From contig CAYPSA010000004.1 of NCBI GenBank assembly GCA_964413645.1, positions 25,765 to 89,764 on the forward strand: 64,000 bases of DNA. The letters run 5' to 3'. Each line of letters opens with the position of its first letter. Position 1 is the first letter of the stretch. Source of the DNA: an uncultured Gammaproteobacteria bacterium. Its GTDB lineage: Bacteria > Patescibacteriota > Microgenomatia > UBA1406 > HO2-37-13b. Shown one piece after another: positions 34,796 through 44,052 of this stretch. The notes under the pieces were generated by a model that was not told the origin of the DNA, did no database searches, and worked only from the letters and a program-made list of their open reading frames with translations. The translations under genes and the position numbers were made by a program.

Positions 34796-36067
34796 ATGAA
34801 GATTGCTATTCTTGGTGGAGGTGTAACAGGGCTAATCGCTGCATACGATTTATCTAAAAAAGGCCACAAGGTTGTGGTTTTTGAAAAGTCCCCTGTCTTA
34901 GGAGGTCTTGCTGTAGGATTTAAACAAAAAAATTGGGAATGGCCAATTGAGCGAGCGTATCATCATGTGTTTTCAAGTGACACCGATATTTTAAAGTTTG
35001 CCAAAGACACTGGTTTTGATGGGTTCTTTTTTAAAAAACCCCACACAGATTCTCTGTATGAAGAGGGATTGTTTCCACTCGGAAGCCCCCTCAGCCTACT
35101 TCGCTTCCCTCTTTTAACCATATTGGACAAATTTCGTTCTGGAGTTATTTTAGCGTATCTCAAACTTTCTCCATTTTTAGGTATATATGAACGGATGACT
35201 ACTGAAGAATTTTTGATCAAAACAATGGGAAAACATGCCTACGGAGTACTGTTCCAAGAGCTTTTGCGGAAAAAGTTCGGGAAATATGCGGGAAATATTG
35301 TTGCTAGTTGGATATGGTCACGAGTCAATAAAAGAACACAAAAACTTGGATATATTAACGGTGGATTTCAGACATTTATCGAACACGTGGAAGCAGAAAA
35401 TGTAAAACAAGGAGTGAAGTTTAAAAAGGGAAAGGGAATAGACGCGATTACGAAGAAAGGAAAGAATTATATTGTTGATGGTGAAATCTTTGACGTTGTC
35501 ATTTCTACCCTTCCGACCCAAACACTTGCATTTGTAGGTAAAAAAATATTTCCAACCGCATACTTAAAGCGTTTCGCAAAACTACATTACTTGTGGGCTC
35601 AAGTGCTGATTATCGAGACCGACAAGCCACTCCTTAAGAAATCATACTGGCTAAATATATGTATTCCTTCGTTTCCAATAACGGTTTTAGTACAACATAC
35701 AAACTTTGTTAGTAAAAAACATTATGGCGACAAACACCTATTGTATGTAGGAAATTATTTGGAAGACAACTCTCCATTGCTTAAAATGACTGACAGAACA
35801 CTTTTTAACCACTTTAAACCATATTTACAAGCAATTGGGCCAAAGGGATCTTTGCAAAAGCCCAAAGTCTATCGATTCCAGGCGCCATATGCTCAACCAA
35901 TCTTTGATAAAGAATTCCTTGAAAATAAGCCCGATTTTATAACGCCTGCAAAAAACTTTTACATCGCAAATCTTGACATGACGTATCCACACGATCGGGG
36001 AACAAATTATGCGGTGAAATTGGGACGGGAAGTGTCAGAACTTGTTTTGAACCGTGTTTTGAAGTGA
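34796..36067 (+). CDS. FAD-dependent oxidoreductase (amine oxidase/HemY/CrtI-like fold)
   Basis: MKIAILGGGVTGLIAAYDLSKKGHKVVVFEKSPVLGGLA dinucleotide-binding motif. TATAAT 34783-34788 lies 7 nt before the ATG. The track N-terminal extension is rejected. Confidence 0.7.
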   Translation: MKIAILGGGVTGLIAAYDLSKKGHKVVVFEKSPVLGGLAVGFKQKNWEWPIERAYHHVFSSDTDILKFAKDTGFDGFFFKKPHTDSLYEEGLFPLGSPLSLLRFPLLTILDKFRSGVILAYLKLSPFLGIYERMTTEEFLIKTMGKHAYGVLFQELLRKKFGKYAGNIVASWIWSRVNKRTQKLGYINGGFQTFIEHVEAENVKQGVKFKKGKGIDAITKKGKNYIVDGEIFDVVISTLPTQTLAFVGKKIFPTAYLKRFAKLHYLWAQVLIIETDKPLLKKSYWLNICIPSFPITVLVQHTNFVSKKHYGDKHLLYVGNYLEDNSPLLKMTDRTLFNHFKPYLQAIGPKGSLQKPKVYRFQAPYAQPIFDKEFLENKPDFITPAKNFYIANLDMTYPHDRGTNYAVKLGREVSELVLNRVLK

Positions 36068-37296
36068 TCGGTACCTACATTGGGTTGATTGATAAGTTTG
36101 TCTAGAATATTCCACCGGGCTTTTTTTATGGGGTGGGGAACATCATCTTCCATTAGCTTAGTAGCCGCTGTCATAGCTCGTTGTGAATAGATGCTAATAT
36201 ATGCTTTCTCAAAATTCGCCTTCTTACACAATGCTACCGTGCTTTCAAATTCCTTATCTGTTTCTCCGCAAAAGCCCACAATAATATCAGTGGTAAATCG
36301 AATGTCGGGAACTTTTGCACGAATTCTCTCCAATAGAGCCAGATAGTCTTTAGCTGTATACCATCGATTCATGCGGCGAAGCACAGCATCATCACCTGAT
36401 TGCAAGGCAAAATGGAGCGTTCGAGAAATGTTTTTATTCTTCGCAATTACCTCAATAAGTTCGTCCGAAAAATCCCACGGGTTTGAGGAAATAAAATCAA
36501 CTACGGTAAATCCCATTTGCGCGACTTCATCCAATAAATGAGGGAAGAGAGTTGGAATACGTAGTCTACCCAAATGTTTCACATACACCGGTTTTTTACC
36601 AAGGTACAGATCGCTCTCTCCAGTGGGTGCGGGAGTGTGGGTCGGGGAGTCGAGAGAGTCCTTAGCGCTCCCTTTAAAATACGATTTCCCCGGTACATCG
36701 CGCATAACCTGCACGGCCTTTTCGCCCATAATCAAATCTGCACCATAAGAATTTACGTTTTGCCCAAGCAACATAATATTCTCGTATCCCTTGTTTCTCA
36801 AATCCTGACACTCTTGAATAATTGCCTCATACGGCCGCGAGATCTCTCTGCCTCGGGTAAACGGCACAATACAAAACGTGCAAAAATTATTACATCCATT
36901 AGAAATCGGCACCCACGCACTTTTATCGTTTGTTCGCACAGGTGGATGATCAAACCCTACTTCTTCAATCGGCATGAATTCATCGACTTGGGGCATAATG
37001 TCTTTAAGACGAGCGAGGTATTTTCCAGATTTATCTCGGAATGCTACCCCAACCATACAGCCCGTAACGATAATTTTTAGATTCGGGTTTTGAGCCTTTC
37101 GAGTTTTGAGATTATTTACCAATCCATACACTCTGTTTTCCGCGGTTTCCCGAACCATGCACGTGTTTATTACAATATAGTCGGCGTCTTTCATGGAATT
37201 TGCCGGTTCCATTCCCCGCGACTGGCATGCTTGGGCAACCCGTTCTGAATCAGCGGCGTTTTGCTGGCACCCAAATGTTTTGATGAAATATTTCAT
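36007..37296 (-). CDS. miaB: radical-SAM methylthiotransferase (MiaB family)
   Basis: N-terminal FGCQQN...TC, radical SAM CNNFCTFCIVP, C-terminal TRAM-like region. The last ~20 codons overlap the convergent gene. Confidence 0.8.
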   Translation of the reverse strand: MKYFIKTFGCQQNAADSERVAQACQSRGMEPANSMKDADYIVINTCMVRETAENRVYGLVNNLKTRKAQNPNLKIIVTGCMVGVAFRDKSGKYLARLKDIMPQVDEFMPIEEVGFDHPPVRTNDKSAWVPISNGCNNFCTFCIVPFTRGREISRPYEAIIQECQDLRNKGYENIMLLGQNVNSYGADLIMGEKAVQVMRDVPGKSYFKGSAKDSLDSPTHTPAPTGESDLYLGKKPVYVKHLGRLRIPTLFPHLLDEVAQMGFTVVDFISSNPWDFSDELIEVIAKNKNISRTLHFALQSGDDAVLRRMNRWYTAKDYLALLERIRAKVPDIRFTTDIIVGFCGETDKEFESTVALCKKANFEKAYISIYSQRAMTAATKLMEDDVPHPIKKARWNILDKLINQPNVGTDHFKTRFKTSSDTSRPNFTA

Positions 37297-37353
37297 GCAG
37301 CTATTATACCTGAGTGCGTGAGTAGCATGCGTGGGAGTATGGAAAGTGTCAAG

Positions 37354-38400
37354 TTATTCGGGTCTAGGATGCGATTCGACCAATCCATTACGGGAAATCT
37401 GAATAAATTCTGCCTTTTTCCACAGTTGTTCGAGCGTGGAAGCTCCGGTATATGAAAATCCTGAGCGCACGCCTCCAAGAAGTTGATGAAGCACGTCCGC
37501 GACCGTTCCTTTGTAGCGGACAATTGCCGAAATTCCCTCGGCAGTATACATATTTAGATCTTTATGAGCAATATCATTTGTTGTTTTTTTTCTATCCTGA
37601 CTTGCTTGTAAAGAAGCCATTCCTCGAACAAGCTTGAATTTTTCTCCATTTTGAAAAAAGGCTGCGCTTGGACTTTCTTTGCATCCGGCAAGTAAAGTTC
37701 CAATCATTACCGTTGAGGCGCCAGCTGCGAGTGATTTAACAATATCGCTTGAATAACGTATCCCACCATCGGCAATAATAGGGACGTTAAATTTTTGAGC
37801 TATTTTTGCACAGTCAGCAATTGCAGTAAGTTGTGGAACTCCAGCTCCAGCAACTATACGAGTTGAGCACATAGCCCCTGGACCAATTCCAACTTTTAAA
37901 GCAGATGCTCCGCCATTGATTAAATCTTTTGCAGCTTGAGCAGTTGCGACATTCCCCGCAATAATGTCTGTTTTTTTAAAACGTTTTTTTAATTGTGTAA
38001 GGATTTTGAGCAAATGCGTGCTGTGGCCATGGGCAATATCGATAACAAGGACATCGCAACCGGCATTAATGAGTGCCGCTGCTCTATCGAAACAATCGTC
38101 TTTTATTCCTATGGCTCCACCCACGAGTAGGTCGAGCGATTTTACCAAAGAAACTTCTTCAACCTGTCTTTCAATCGTTAAAAAACGGTGAATAATGCCA
38201 ATACCTCCCATGTGTGCCATTTGAATTGCCATAGCACCTTCCGTAACCGTATCCATGTTGGAAGAAACAAGTGGGATACGGAGCGAAACAGAGGGTGTTA
38301 ATTGGGTATCTAAAATAACGTCGGCTCGAGAAGCAAGCGAGCTTTTTTGTGGAACAAGCAAGACGTCATCAAATGTTAGACCTTGTGGGCGTACGTTCAT
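37354..38400 (-). CDS. IMP dehydrogenase/GMP reductase family protein lacking the CBS subdomain
   Basis: [11 protein letters not shown], catalytic loop [28 protein letters not shown]. 348 aa. Confidence 0.8.
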   Translation of the reverse strand: MNVRPQGLTFDDVLLVPQKSSLASRADVILDTQLTPSVSLRIPLVSSNMDTVTEGAMAIQMAHMGGIGIIHRFLTIERQVEEVSLVKSLDLLVGGAIGIKDDCFDRAAALINAGCDVLVIDIAHGHSTHLLKILTQLKKRFKKTDIIAGNVATAQAAKDLINGGASALKVGIGPGAMCSTRIVAGAGVPQLTAIADCAKIAQKFNVPIIADGGIRYSSDIVKSLAAGASTVMIGTLLAGCKESPSAAFFQNGEKFKLVRGMASLQASQDRKKTTNDIAHKDLNMYTAEGISAIVRYKGTVADVLHQLLGGVRSGFSYTGASTLEQLWKKAEFIQISRNGLVESHPRPE

Positions 38401-38434
38401 ACCGCCTATACTATATTCCTATCGAATCGATTTG

Positions 38435-38878
38435 TCAATTGCCCAGGAGTTCCTTCACCATTTTCGTAATTCTACTTGGATCAGCTTTTGCACGTAGCTC
38501 TTTTATTGTTACTCCAAATAAAGCGTTTGGGCTCGACTCTCGCAACGCAGTATTTGCAGAGATAACGCGCTCAACTTCTGCTCGAAGCTCTTCATCGCTT
38601 ATCTCAGTAGGGAGATACGCAGAGAGCACTGTAATTTGCGCCTCGTTTTCAGCTACCAAATCTGCCCGCCCACCTTTTTCAAACATTTCTTTTGCATCAT
38701 TCAATTGTTTTACTTGTTTTCGAATTACTCCCATTGCTTCCTCGTCTGAAAGTTCGTGCCCTAAATCGATCTGTTTGTTTTTTAACTCAGCGCTTAGGAG
38801 TCGGAGTGTTGTAAGCGTAGATTCATCTTTTGCCTTTAAAGCAGTGAGCTGGTCTTGTTGAATTTTTTCTGTAAGCAT
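38435..38878 (-). CDS. GatB/YqeY domain protein
   Basis: The pattern L.......A.K.kd......lR.l.s..kn..i......l.deE...vi.k..Kq is visible (LTALKAKDESTLTTLRLLSAELKNKQI). Confidence 0.8.
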   Translation of the reverse strand: MLTEKIQQDQLTALKAKDESTLTTLRLLSAELKNKQIDLGHELSDEEAMGVIRKQVKQLNDAKEMFEKGGRADLVAENEAQITVLSAYLPTEISDEELRAEVERVISANTALRESSPNALFGVTIKELRAKADPSRITKMVKELLGN

Positions 38879-38896
38879 TGTATAGTTGATTATACC

Positions 38897-39283
38897 ATGA
38901 ATTCAGTCTCTGCAAAAACTCAAAAGGCGATTTCGTTAATCGAACGCGTACAAGCACTTGATCTTTCTCAACCAGGTCACAAGACTATGATCGACGACAT
39001 TAAAATGACGAATGTTAAAATTCGTTCTGTTGAAGGAGATATTTTTAGCCTGAATCATGATGAGGATCATTTCATAAAATCATTGTGGAAAATTACGAAG
39101 ATCGAGCAAATTGCGCGTGAAGCGAGCGAGATTCTTGATGATACTGAAGCGGAACACTTTTTTTCTTATCTTGATTCCCGTACACAATGGCGCTATGATT
39201 CTGATTCTAGCGATTCTTTTGATCGCACAGTCAAGCTTGAGGTTTTCAACCGCGATGATGCCGACTCCAAATTAGTTAACTAA
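38897..39283 (+). CDS. hypothetical protein
   Basis: 128 aa acidic protein. The first ATG is 38897; the track start 38855 is TTG. Confidence 0.4.
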   Translation: MNSVSAKTQKAISLIERVQALDLSQPGHKTMIDDIKMTNVKIRSVEGDIFSLNHDEDHFIKSLWKITKIEQIAREASEILDDTEAEHFFSYLDSRTQWRYDSDSSDSFDRTVKLEVFNRDDADSKLVN

Positions 39284-39286
39284 CGT

Positions 39287-39862
39287 ATGAATAAGCCTGT
39301 TGTTTTGGATCTAGAAACAAAATATACCTTTCGTGATTTTTCTGATCACAAAAAGTTGGGAATTTCTATTGCCTCATTATATGACTACGCGACTGGTACT
39401 ATGAGTAGTTATTTGGAAAATGAGTTGGGAGAACTTTATAAAAAGCTTGAACAAGCATCGTTTATTATTGGATTCAACATTGTAAGTTTTGATTTGCCTG
39501 TTTTGCAAGCGTACTATCCGGGCAATGTAGAGCAGTTCAAGACATTTGATATTTTGGATGATATTAAAGAAAAATTAGGCCATCGCTTGGCCCTTAACGA
39601 TGTTGTTGGAGCAACACTTGGACTTAAAAAAAACGGGCATGGTCTTCATGCGATTGAACTATATAAGGAAGGAAAGATCGACGAGCTTCGTGAATATTGC
39701 GAAGGTGATGTAGATATTACTCGACAACTTTTTGACTACGGCGTAGAACACGGAGAGATATATTATCTCAACCATGCTGGTAAGGCCACCATTCGGGTGA
39801 ATTGGAAAAGTGCGCTTGCAAGCAAACCGCAGAGCGATATTAGCATGACCTTGCCGTTTTAA
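39287..39862 (+). CDS. RNase H-like/DEDD-type 3'-5' exonuclease domain protein
   Basis: VVLDLETK (ExoI-like DxE), FNIVSFDLPVL (ExoII-like), YCEGDVDITRQL (ExoIII-like). Confidence 0.5.
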   Translation: MNKPVVLDLETKYTFRDFSDHKKLGISIASLYDYATGTMSSYLENELGELYKKLEQASFIIGFNIVSFDLPVLQAYYPGNVEQFKTFDILDDIKEKLGHRLALNDVVGATLGLKKNGHGLHAIELYKEGKIDELREYCEGDVDITRQLFDYGVEHGEIYYLNHAGKATIRVNWKSALASKPQSDISMTLPF

Positions 39863-39872
39863 AGTCTTTGGC

Positions 39873-39891
39873 GACAACCTTCCAGGTTGTC
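39873..39891. repeat. hairpin repeat gacaaccttccaggttgtc
   Basis: Same core as 34595-34609. Lies between the exonuclease stop and the UbiA-like start. Confidence 0.9.
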
Positions 39892-39927
39892 AAATTTGAA
39901 CAGATAAATTCGTGGTATAATTCCCTT

Positions 39928-40848
39928 ATGAACCTTGTGAAACTGAAAGCAGTATATCGTGCCGCTCGACCGAATCAATGGCTCAAGAACCTCATCATTT
40001 TTACTTCGCTCATCTTTTCAGGTCAGCTATTTAACGGCGACCTATTCGTAAAAACACTTATTGGATTTGGACTTTTTTGCTTACTTTCATCAGTATCATA
40101 CATTCTTAATGACATTATTGATTACCCCTTCGATAGAAAACACCCATCAAAAAAATTCCGACCCATTGCTTCGGGTGAATTAACCGTTCCCGACGCCACA
40201 TTCGTAATATTTGCTACGTCGCTTGTAACCATGATTGCGGCGCTTTTTTTCTCGGTCCCATTCTTTTTTGTGGCGTTTGCATTTTTGCTTCTACACTTTT
40301 TTTATTCTCTCTATTTTAAAATGCATCCAGTGCTCGATATTTTTACGATTTCGTTTTCATTTATGCTACGAGCATTTGCCGGCTCGATTATTACCGGATA
40401 TCATATTCAAATTTGGCTCCTTTTGACCGTATTTTTTATCTCTCTCTTTATCGCAACCGTTAAGCGTCATGCTGAGCTTGTCGCCCATGGAACCCAAACC
40501 CGCTCGTCTCTGTATCGATATAAAGAGCATTTGATTGATTTTCTTACCACCACATTTGCAACGCTCACTATTACCTCGTATTCACTTTATACTTTCCTGG
40601 AAAAGCCACCAGTAATTTCTACTCCAATTAGCATCTACTTCAGTTCGTTATTCCCTTCGTTTGAAGCTCGAAAGTGGATTATGGTAACTGTACCAATTGT
40701 GGTTTATGGAATTGCCCGATATGCACAACTTTTGTACGAGAAAGAGCAGGGAGAATCGCCAGAAACAATTATTACCAAAGATAAACCGCTCATTGCGGCC
40801 ATATTAGCATGGGGAGCGATTGTAATTGGTCTTATATATCTCTTTTAA
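39928..40848 (+). CDS. UbiA-family prenyltransferase (decaprenyl-phosphate phosphoribosyltransferase-like)
   Basis: RPNQWLKNLIIF, NDIIDYPFDRKHPSKKFRPIASG (Asp-rich motif), about 8 TM helices. TATAAT 39916-39921 lies 6 nt before the ATG. Confidence 0.75.
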   Translation: MNLVKLKAVYRAARPNQWLKNLIIFTSLIFSGQLFNGDLFVKTLIGFGLFCLLSSVSYILNDIIDYPFDRKHPSKKFRPIASGELTVPDATFVIFATSLVTMIAALFFSVPFFFVAFAFLLLHFFYSLYFKMHPVLDIFTISFSFMLRAFAGSIITGYHIQIWLLLTVFFISLFIATVKRHAELVAHGTQTRSSLYRYKEHLIDFLTTTFATLTITSYSLYTFLEKPPVISTPISIYFSSLFPSFEARKWIMVTVPIVVYGIARYAQLLYEKEQGESPETIITKDKPLIAAILAWGAIVIGLIYLF

Positions 40849-40853
40849 GCAAT

Positions 40854-40909
40854 CGTCATTCTGAACCGTAGGTGAACCCGCCAGCCGGCAGGCATGGTAC
40901 TCAGAATGA
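40854..40909. repeat. full-length GTCATYC-family element with 10-bp terminal inverted repeats
   Basis: gtcattctga (40854-40863) ... cccgccagccggcagg ... tcagaatgac (40900-40909). Confidence 0.85.
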
Positions 40910-40941
40910 CAACGATATTGCTCCTCCTGTATAATACTCTC

Positions 40942-41562
40942 ATGGATTCCTACATTATCGATACTAATTTTTTCTTCAATCTTGAAGTAAAAACGGGATT
41001 TGGTTCTACTGCTCACGAGGTAATTACCAATTTCACTGAGCTTGCAAAAAAACTTAAAGCCGAAAAAAAGGCAGAATTTTTTATGCCTGCAAGTGTGGCG
41101 CGTGAAACAAGTGAGTTTACCAGTAATACTGCGACTGAAGAAGACATTAAAACGCTTCTTGCCTGCATTACAATTAAATCCCCCGATGTTTCCAAAGTGG
41201 AATTTCCCGCGACTATTTTTTACACCATGGTTGATGAAATTCGCACACGTTCGTATCGAGGCTTAACAGTTGCTCAAGAACAAGTTGAAGCAGGCGCTCA
41301 GCTCATGTCGAGCAAAACGTTTGAGAATAAAATTGAATATCAAAAAGGACTCGGAGATGTTATTACTAAGCTTCGTGATCGGTACCGTCAGGCTACCCGG
41401 TTTAACTTTCTCGATAGCGTTGCAGACCTTGATCTTATCGTGCTTTCAAAAGAGCTTGATGGATATCTTGTTTCAGCTGACGAAGGAGTTCTTCGTTGGG
41501 GACGAATGTTTGGAATTAAAGAAGTTCCCGCAGAATTACTTCTAAGCAAAATCTCTCATTAA
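40942..41562 (+). CDS. PIN_5-type protein resembling HARP (RNA-free RNase P, Aq_880/MJ_0950 RNA-ligase-partner family)
   Basis: MDSYIIDTNFF, AEFFMPASVARE, IKSPD...FPATIFYTMVDEIRTRSYRGL, LRDRYRQA...FLDSVADLDLIVLSKELDGYLVSADEGVLRWGRMFGIK. This matches my recollection of conserved blocks of the Aquifex Aq_880 family. TGTATAAT lies 6 nt before the ATG. Confidence 0.6.
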   Translation: MDSYIIDTNFFFNLEVKTGFGSTAHEVITNFTELAKKLKAEKKAEFFMPASVARETSEFTSNTATEEDIKTLLACITIKSPDVSKVEFPATIFYTMVDEIRTRSYRGLTVAQEQVEAGAQLMSSKTFENKIEYQKGLGDVITKLRDRYRQATRFNFLDSVADLDLIVLSKELDGYLVSADEGVLRWGRMFGIKEVPAELLLSKISH

Positions 41563-41589
41563 CGCGCGGGCAGAACCCCGTGCGGCACC

Positions 41590-42081
41590 TCACTCGTTTG
41601 GCATAAGTCTCGATAAAGCTCCAATCATTTTATCGGTTAGTGTTTTTCGAGGATGTTCTTGGTACACCAAATAATCCGACAGTATCTCAATTACTTGGTC
41701 TCGAATTTCTTCGTTGGGCACAACAAAGTATATGTGGTATGAGAGCGGTGGGTGGGAAACTACTACCAACATGTAATAGTCAAACTGCTTAGTAATATAA
41801 AAGTATGATAGGTGGTCAAATCGAAATGTTTTACTATCAGCGGTAAGTCCAAACTTTGTAATGCTATTCTTTACCGCTGGAGGTTTGGTGATTGTAAGCG
41901 TGTAAAACAAAAAGAGCATTGCCCATATGGGTAGCACGAGAATTTTTTCACCCCAGAAGAAAACAATTAACGAAAGTAATAAGGCAAGCGCTAGGTAAAA
42001 CCGCAATACCCCTTTAGACTCATTTTTGTATGCTCGTAATGGAGCTTCCCATGAAAAGATTGTTTGTGGATTTGAATACAT
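41590..42081 (-). CDS. hypothetical membrane protein
   Basis: Two TM helices (LRFYLALALLLSLIVFFWG, LVLPIWAMLFLFYTL) followed by a soluble domain. The ATG at 42081 is preferred over the long track ORF. Confidence 0.45.
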   Translation of the reverse strand: MYSNPQTIFSWEAPLRAYKNESKGVLRFYLALALLLSLIVFFWGEKILVLPIWAMLFLFYTLTITKPPAVKNSITKFGLTADSKTFRFDHLSYFYITKQFDYYMLVVVSHPPLSYHIYFVVPNEEIRDQVIEILSDYLVYQEHPRKTLTDKMIGALSRLMPNE

Positions 42082-42295
42082 ATTCTCATTTTCTCCAATT
42101 GAGCAAGCATTGTCAATTGAAGAAATTCTTTCATACTGTACAAGTTTTTTCACGCAAATGACATAAAATTTCTTTCTATTTTTTCCTAGGCACACCCAAA
42201 AATGTTTGATATAGTTTGAATATAATTTGATCCGTTGACAGGGGCTAATTAGTGTAATAAAGTGTTACTTGACACTAGATAAGAAGGAACAAGGT

Positions 42296-42742
42296 ATGCA
42301 ATGTATTTTTTGCCAAAACACTAACACAGACGTTGTAGAGACACGAGTATCAAGCGAAGGAATAACGATTCGACGACGACGAGCTTGCCCAAAGTGCGAC
42401 AAACGCTTTACCACATATGAGCGAGTAGAGGAATTACCGGTTGTTGTGATAAAGCGCGATGGAAAACGTGAGCGGTTTGATCGAAATAAATTACGCCAAG
42501 GTATTTTAAAATCGATTGAAAAGACGCCGGTAACTCAAGAGCAAGTAGAAGACATTATTTCATCAATCGAAATGGATTTGAAGCAAGAAGCGTCAACTGA
42601 AGTATCTAGTAGTACCGTTGGTAAGCTAGCAGCAAAAAAACTAAAAAAAATCGACAAAATTGCGTACATTCGCTTTGCATCGGTATTTTGGAGGTTTTTA
42701 GATGTGCATGATTTTGAGCGAGAGATTAAAAAATTACTGTAA
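42296..42742 (+). CDS. nrdR: transcriptional repressor NrdR
   Basis: MQCIFCQNTNTDVVETR...CPKCDKRFTTYE zinc ribbon plus an ATP-cone (VVIKRDGKRERFDRNKL). Confidence 0.9.
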   Translation: MQCIFCQNTNTDVVETRVSSEGITIRRRRACPKCDKRFTTYERVEELPVVVIKRDGKRERFDRNKLRQGILKSIEKTPVTQEQVEDIISSIEMDLKQEASTEVSSSTVGKLAAKKLKKIDKIAYIRFASVFWRFLDVHDFEREIKKLL

Positions 42743-42753
42743 AACATAAAAAA

Positions 42754-44034
42754 ATGGAAATAAAAAAAATTCAAAAACGCGACGGTAGTATTGTAGATCA
42801 CAACCCCGGAAAGATTGTCAAGGCGATTCAGCTAGCAATGAAAGCAGCCAAGAATGGAAATAAGGAAAACGCAGAATACGTAGCTAATAAAGTGGAAAAA
42901 GCGCTTTCCAAAATGGAAAAAGCAGCAAAGAAAAAGCCATACGTTCCAAATGTAGAAGATGTTCAGGATATTGTTGAAGGAATGTTAATGGAAACAGGTT
43001 TTCATGACGTTGCAAAAGTATATATATTGTACCGAGAGAAGAAGCGACAAGAAAGAAGACGCGATATTTTCAAAAAACGCATTAATTTAAAACCCTATGA
43101 ATATCCGGAACTTGCCGAATATGTTAATGCTATCCGTCATTCATATTGGTTGCACACGGAATTTAATTATACAAGCGATGTGCAGGATTTTAAGGTTAAT
43201 GTAACTCCATCGGAACGCAATGCGCTAAAAAATACCATGCTTGCGATTTCACAAATCGAAGTTGCGGTTAAAATGTTCTGGGCCGACATATATAAGCGTT
43301 TGCCAAAGCCCGAAATTGGGTCTGTTGGCGTTACCTTCGCAGAGAGTGAAGTACGACATCATGATGCCTATTCACATCTGCTTGAGCTCTTAGGACTTAA
43401 TAACGAATTCGAAAGGATTTTTGATATTCCAGTAATTAATAATCGTGTTCGATATTTAAACAACGCGCTTGAAACTGCAAAAAGCGAAGATAATCGAGAC
43501 TATACCCGTTCTATTCTTCTATTTTCACTCTTTATTGAGCACGTTTCGCTTTTTTCACAGTTTCTTATTATTATGTCGTTTAACAAGTATAAGAATCTAT
43601 TCAAGGGAATTTCCAATGCTGTTGAAGCCACATCAAAAGAAGAACAGATTCATGGGCTTTTTGGCATAGATTTAATTAAAATCATCAAACACGAAAATCC
43701 CGATTGGTTTGATGAACAATTGACGCAAGACATTTATACTGCGTGTAAAGAAGCATACGAAGGAGAAGAACAGGTAATTGAGTGGATTTTTGAAAAAGGT
43801 GAATTTGATTTCCTTCCCAAAGACCAAATCAAAGAATTCATTAAAAACCGACTTAACAACTCGCTTGTGAGTATTGGAATGAAGAGAATCTTTACGGTTG
43901 ATGACAAGCTTTTAGAAAAAACAGAATGGTTTAACGACGAGATTATTGCAACCAAACATAATGACTTTTTTAACAAGCGCTCGATAAACTACAACAAACG
44001 AAGCAAAAGCGTTACGGGAGACGATTTATTTTAA
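42754..44034 (+). CDS. nrdB: ribonucleotide reductase small (radical-generating) subunit with N-terminal ATP-cone
   Basis: Residues 1-95 form an ATP-cone (IQKRDGSIVDHNPGKIVKAI...VEDVQDIVEGML...VAKVYILYREKK). A ferritin-like R2 core follows, with AESEVRHHDAYSHLLE (E-x-x-H...Y) and a later EEQIHG. Confidence 0.8.
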   Translation: MEIKKIQKRDGSIVDHNPGKIVKAIQLAMKAAKNGNKENAEYVANKVEKALSKMEKAAKKKPYVPNVEDVQDIVEGMLMETGFHDVAKVYILYREKKRQERRRDIFKKRINLKPYEYPELAEYVNAIRHSYWLHTEFNYTSDVQDFKVNVTPSERNALKNTMLAISQIEVAVKMFWADIYKRLPKPEIGSVGVTFAESEVRHHDAYSHLLELLGLNNEFERIFDIPVINNRVRYLNNALETAKSEDNRDYTRSILLFSLFIEHVSLFSQFLIIMSFNKYKNLFKGISNAVEATSKEEQIHGLFGIDLIKIIKHENPDWFDEQLTQDIYTACKEAYEGEEQVIEWIFEKGEFDFLPKDQIKEFIKNRLNNSLVSIGMKRIFTVDDKLLEKTEWFNDEIIATKHNDFFNKRSINYNKRSKSVTGDDLF

Positions 44035-44052
44035 TTATTAATTTCAAAATCT

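Noticed and set aside
36574-37080. 168-aa plus-strand ORF inside miaB, and the 170-aa plus-strand ORF 38349-38861 inside the GatB/YqeY gene
   Set aside because: Both are antisense to genes with clear family motifs and have no features of their own.
39868-39927. N-terminal extensions in the ORF track for the UbiA-like gene (and similarly 40894-40941, 46595-46669, 34715-34795, 25167-25181)
   Set aside because: The extensions are translated from dispersed repeats or promoter DNA and begin at TTG or at ATG inside repeats. Internal ATGs preceded by a -10 hexamer at 6-8 nt coincide with the conserved family N-termini.
42196-42295. NrdR boxes upstream of nrdR
   Set aside because: Only imperfect gtgt...acac elements (for example gtgttacttgacac) were seen, with the half-site order reversed relative to the acac...gtgt palindrome I remember. 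Not convincing without a matrix scan.
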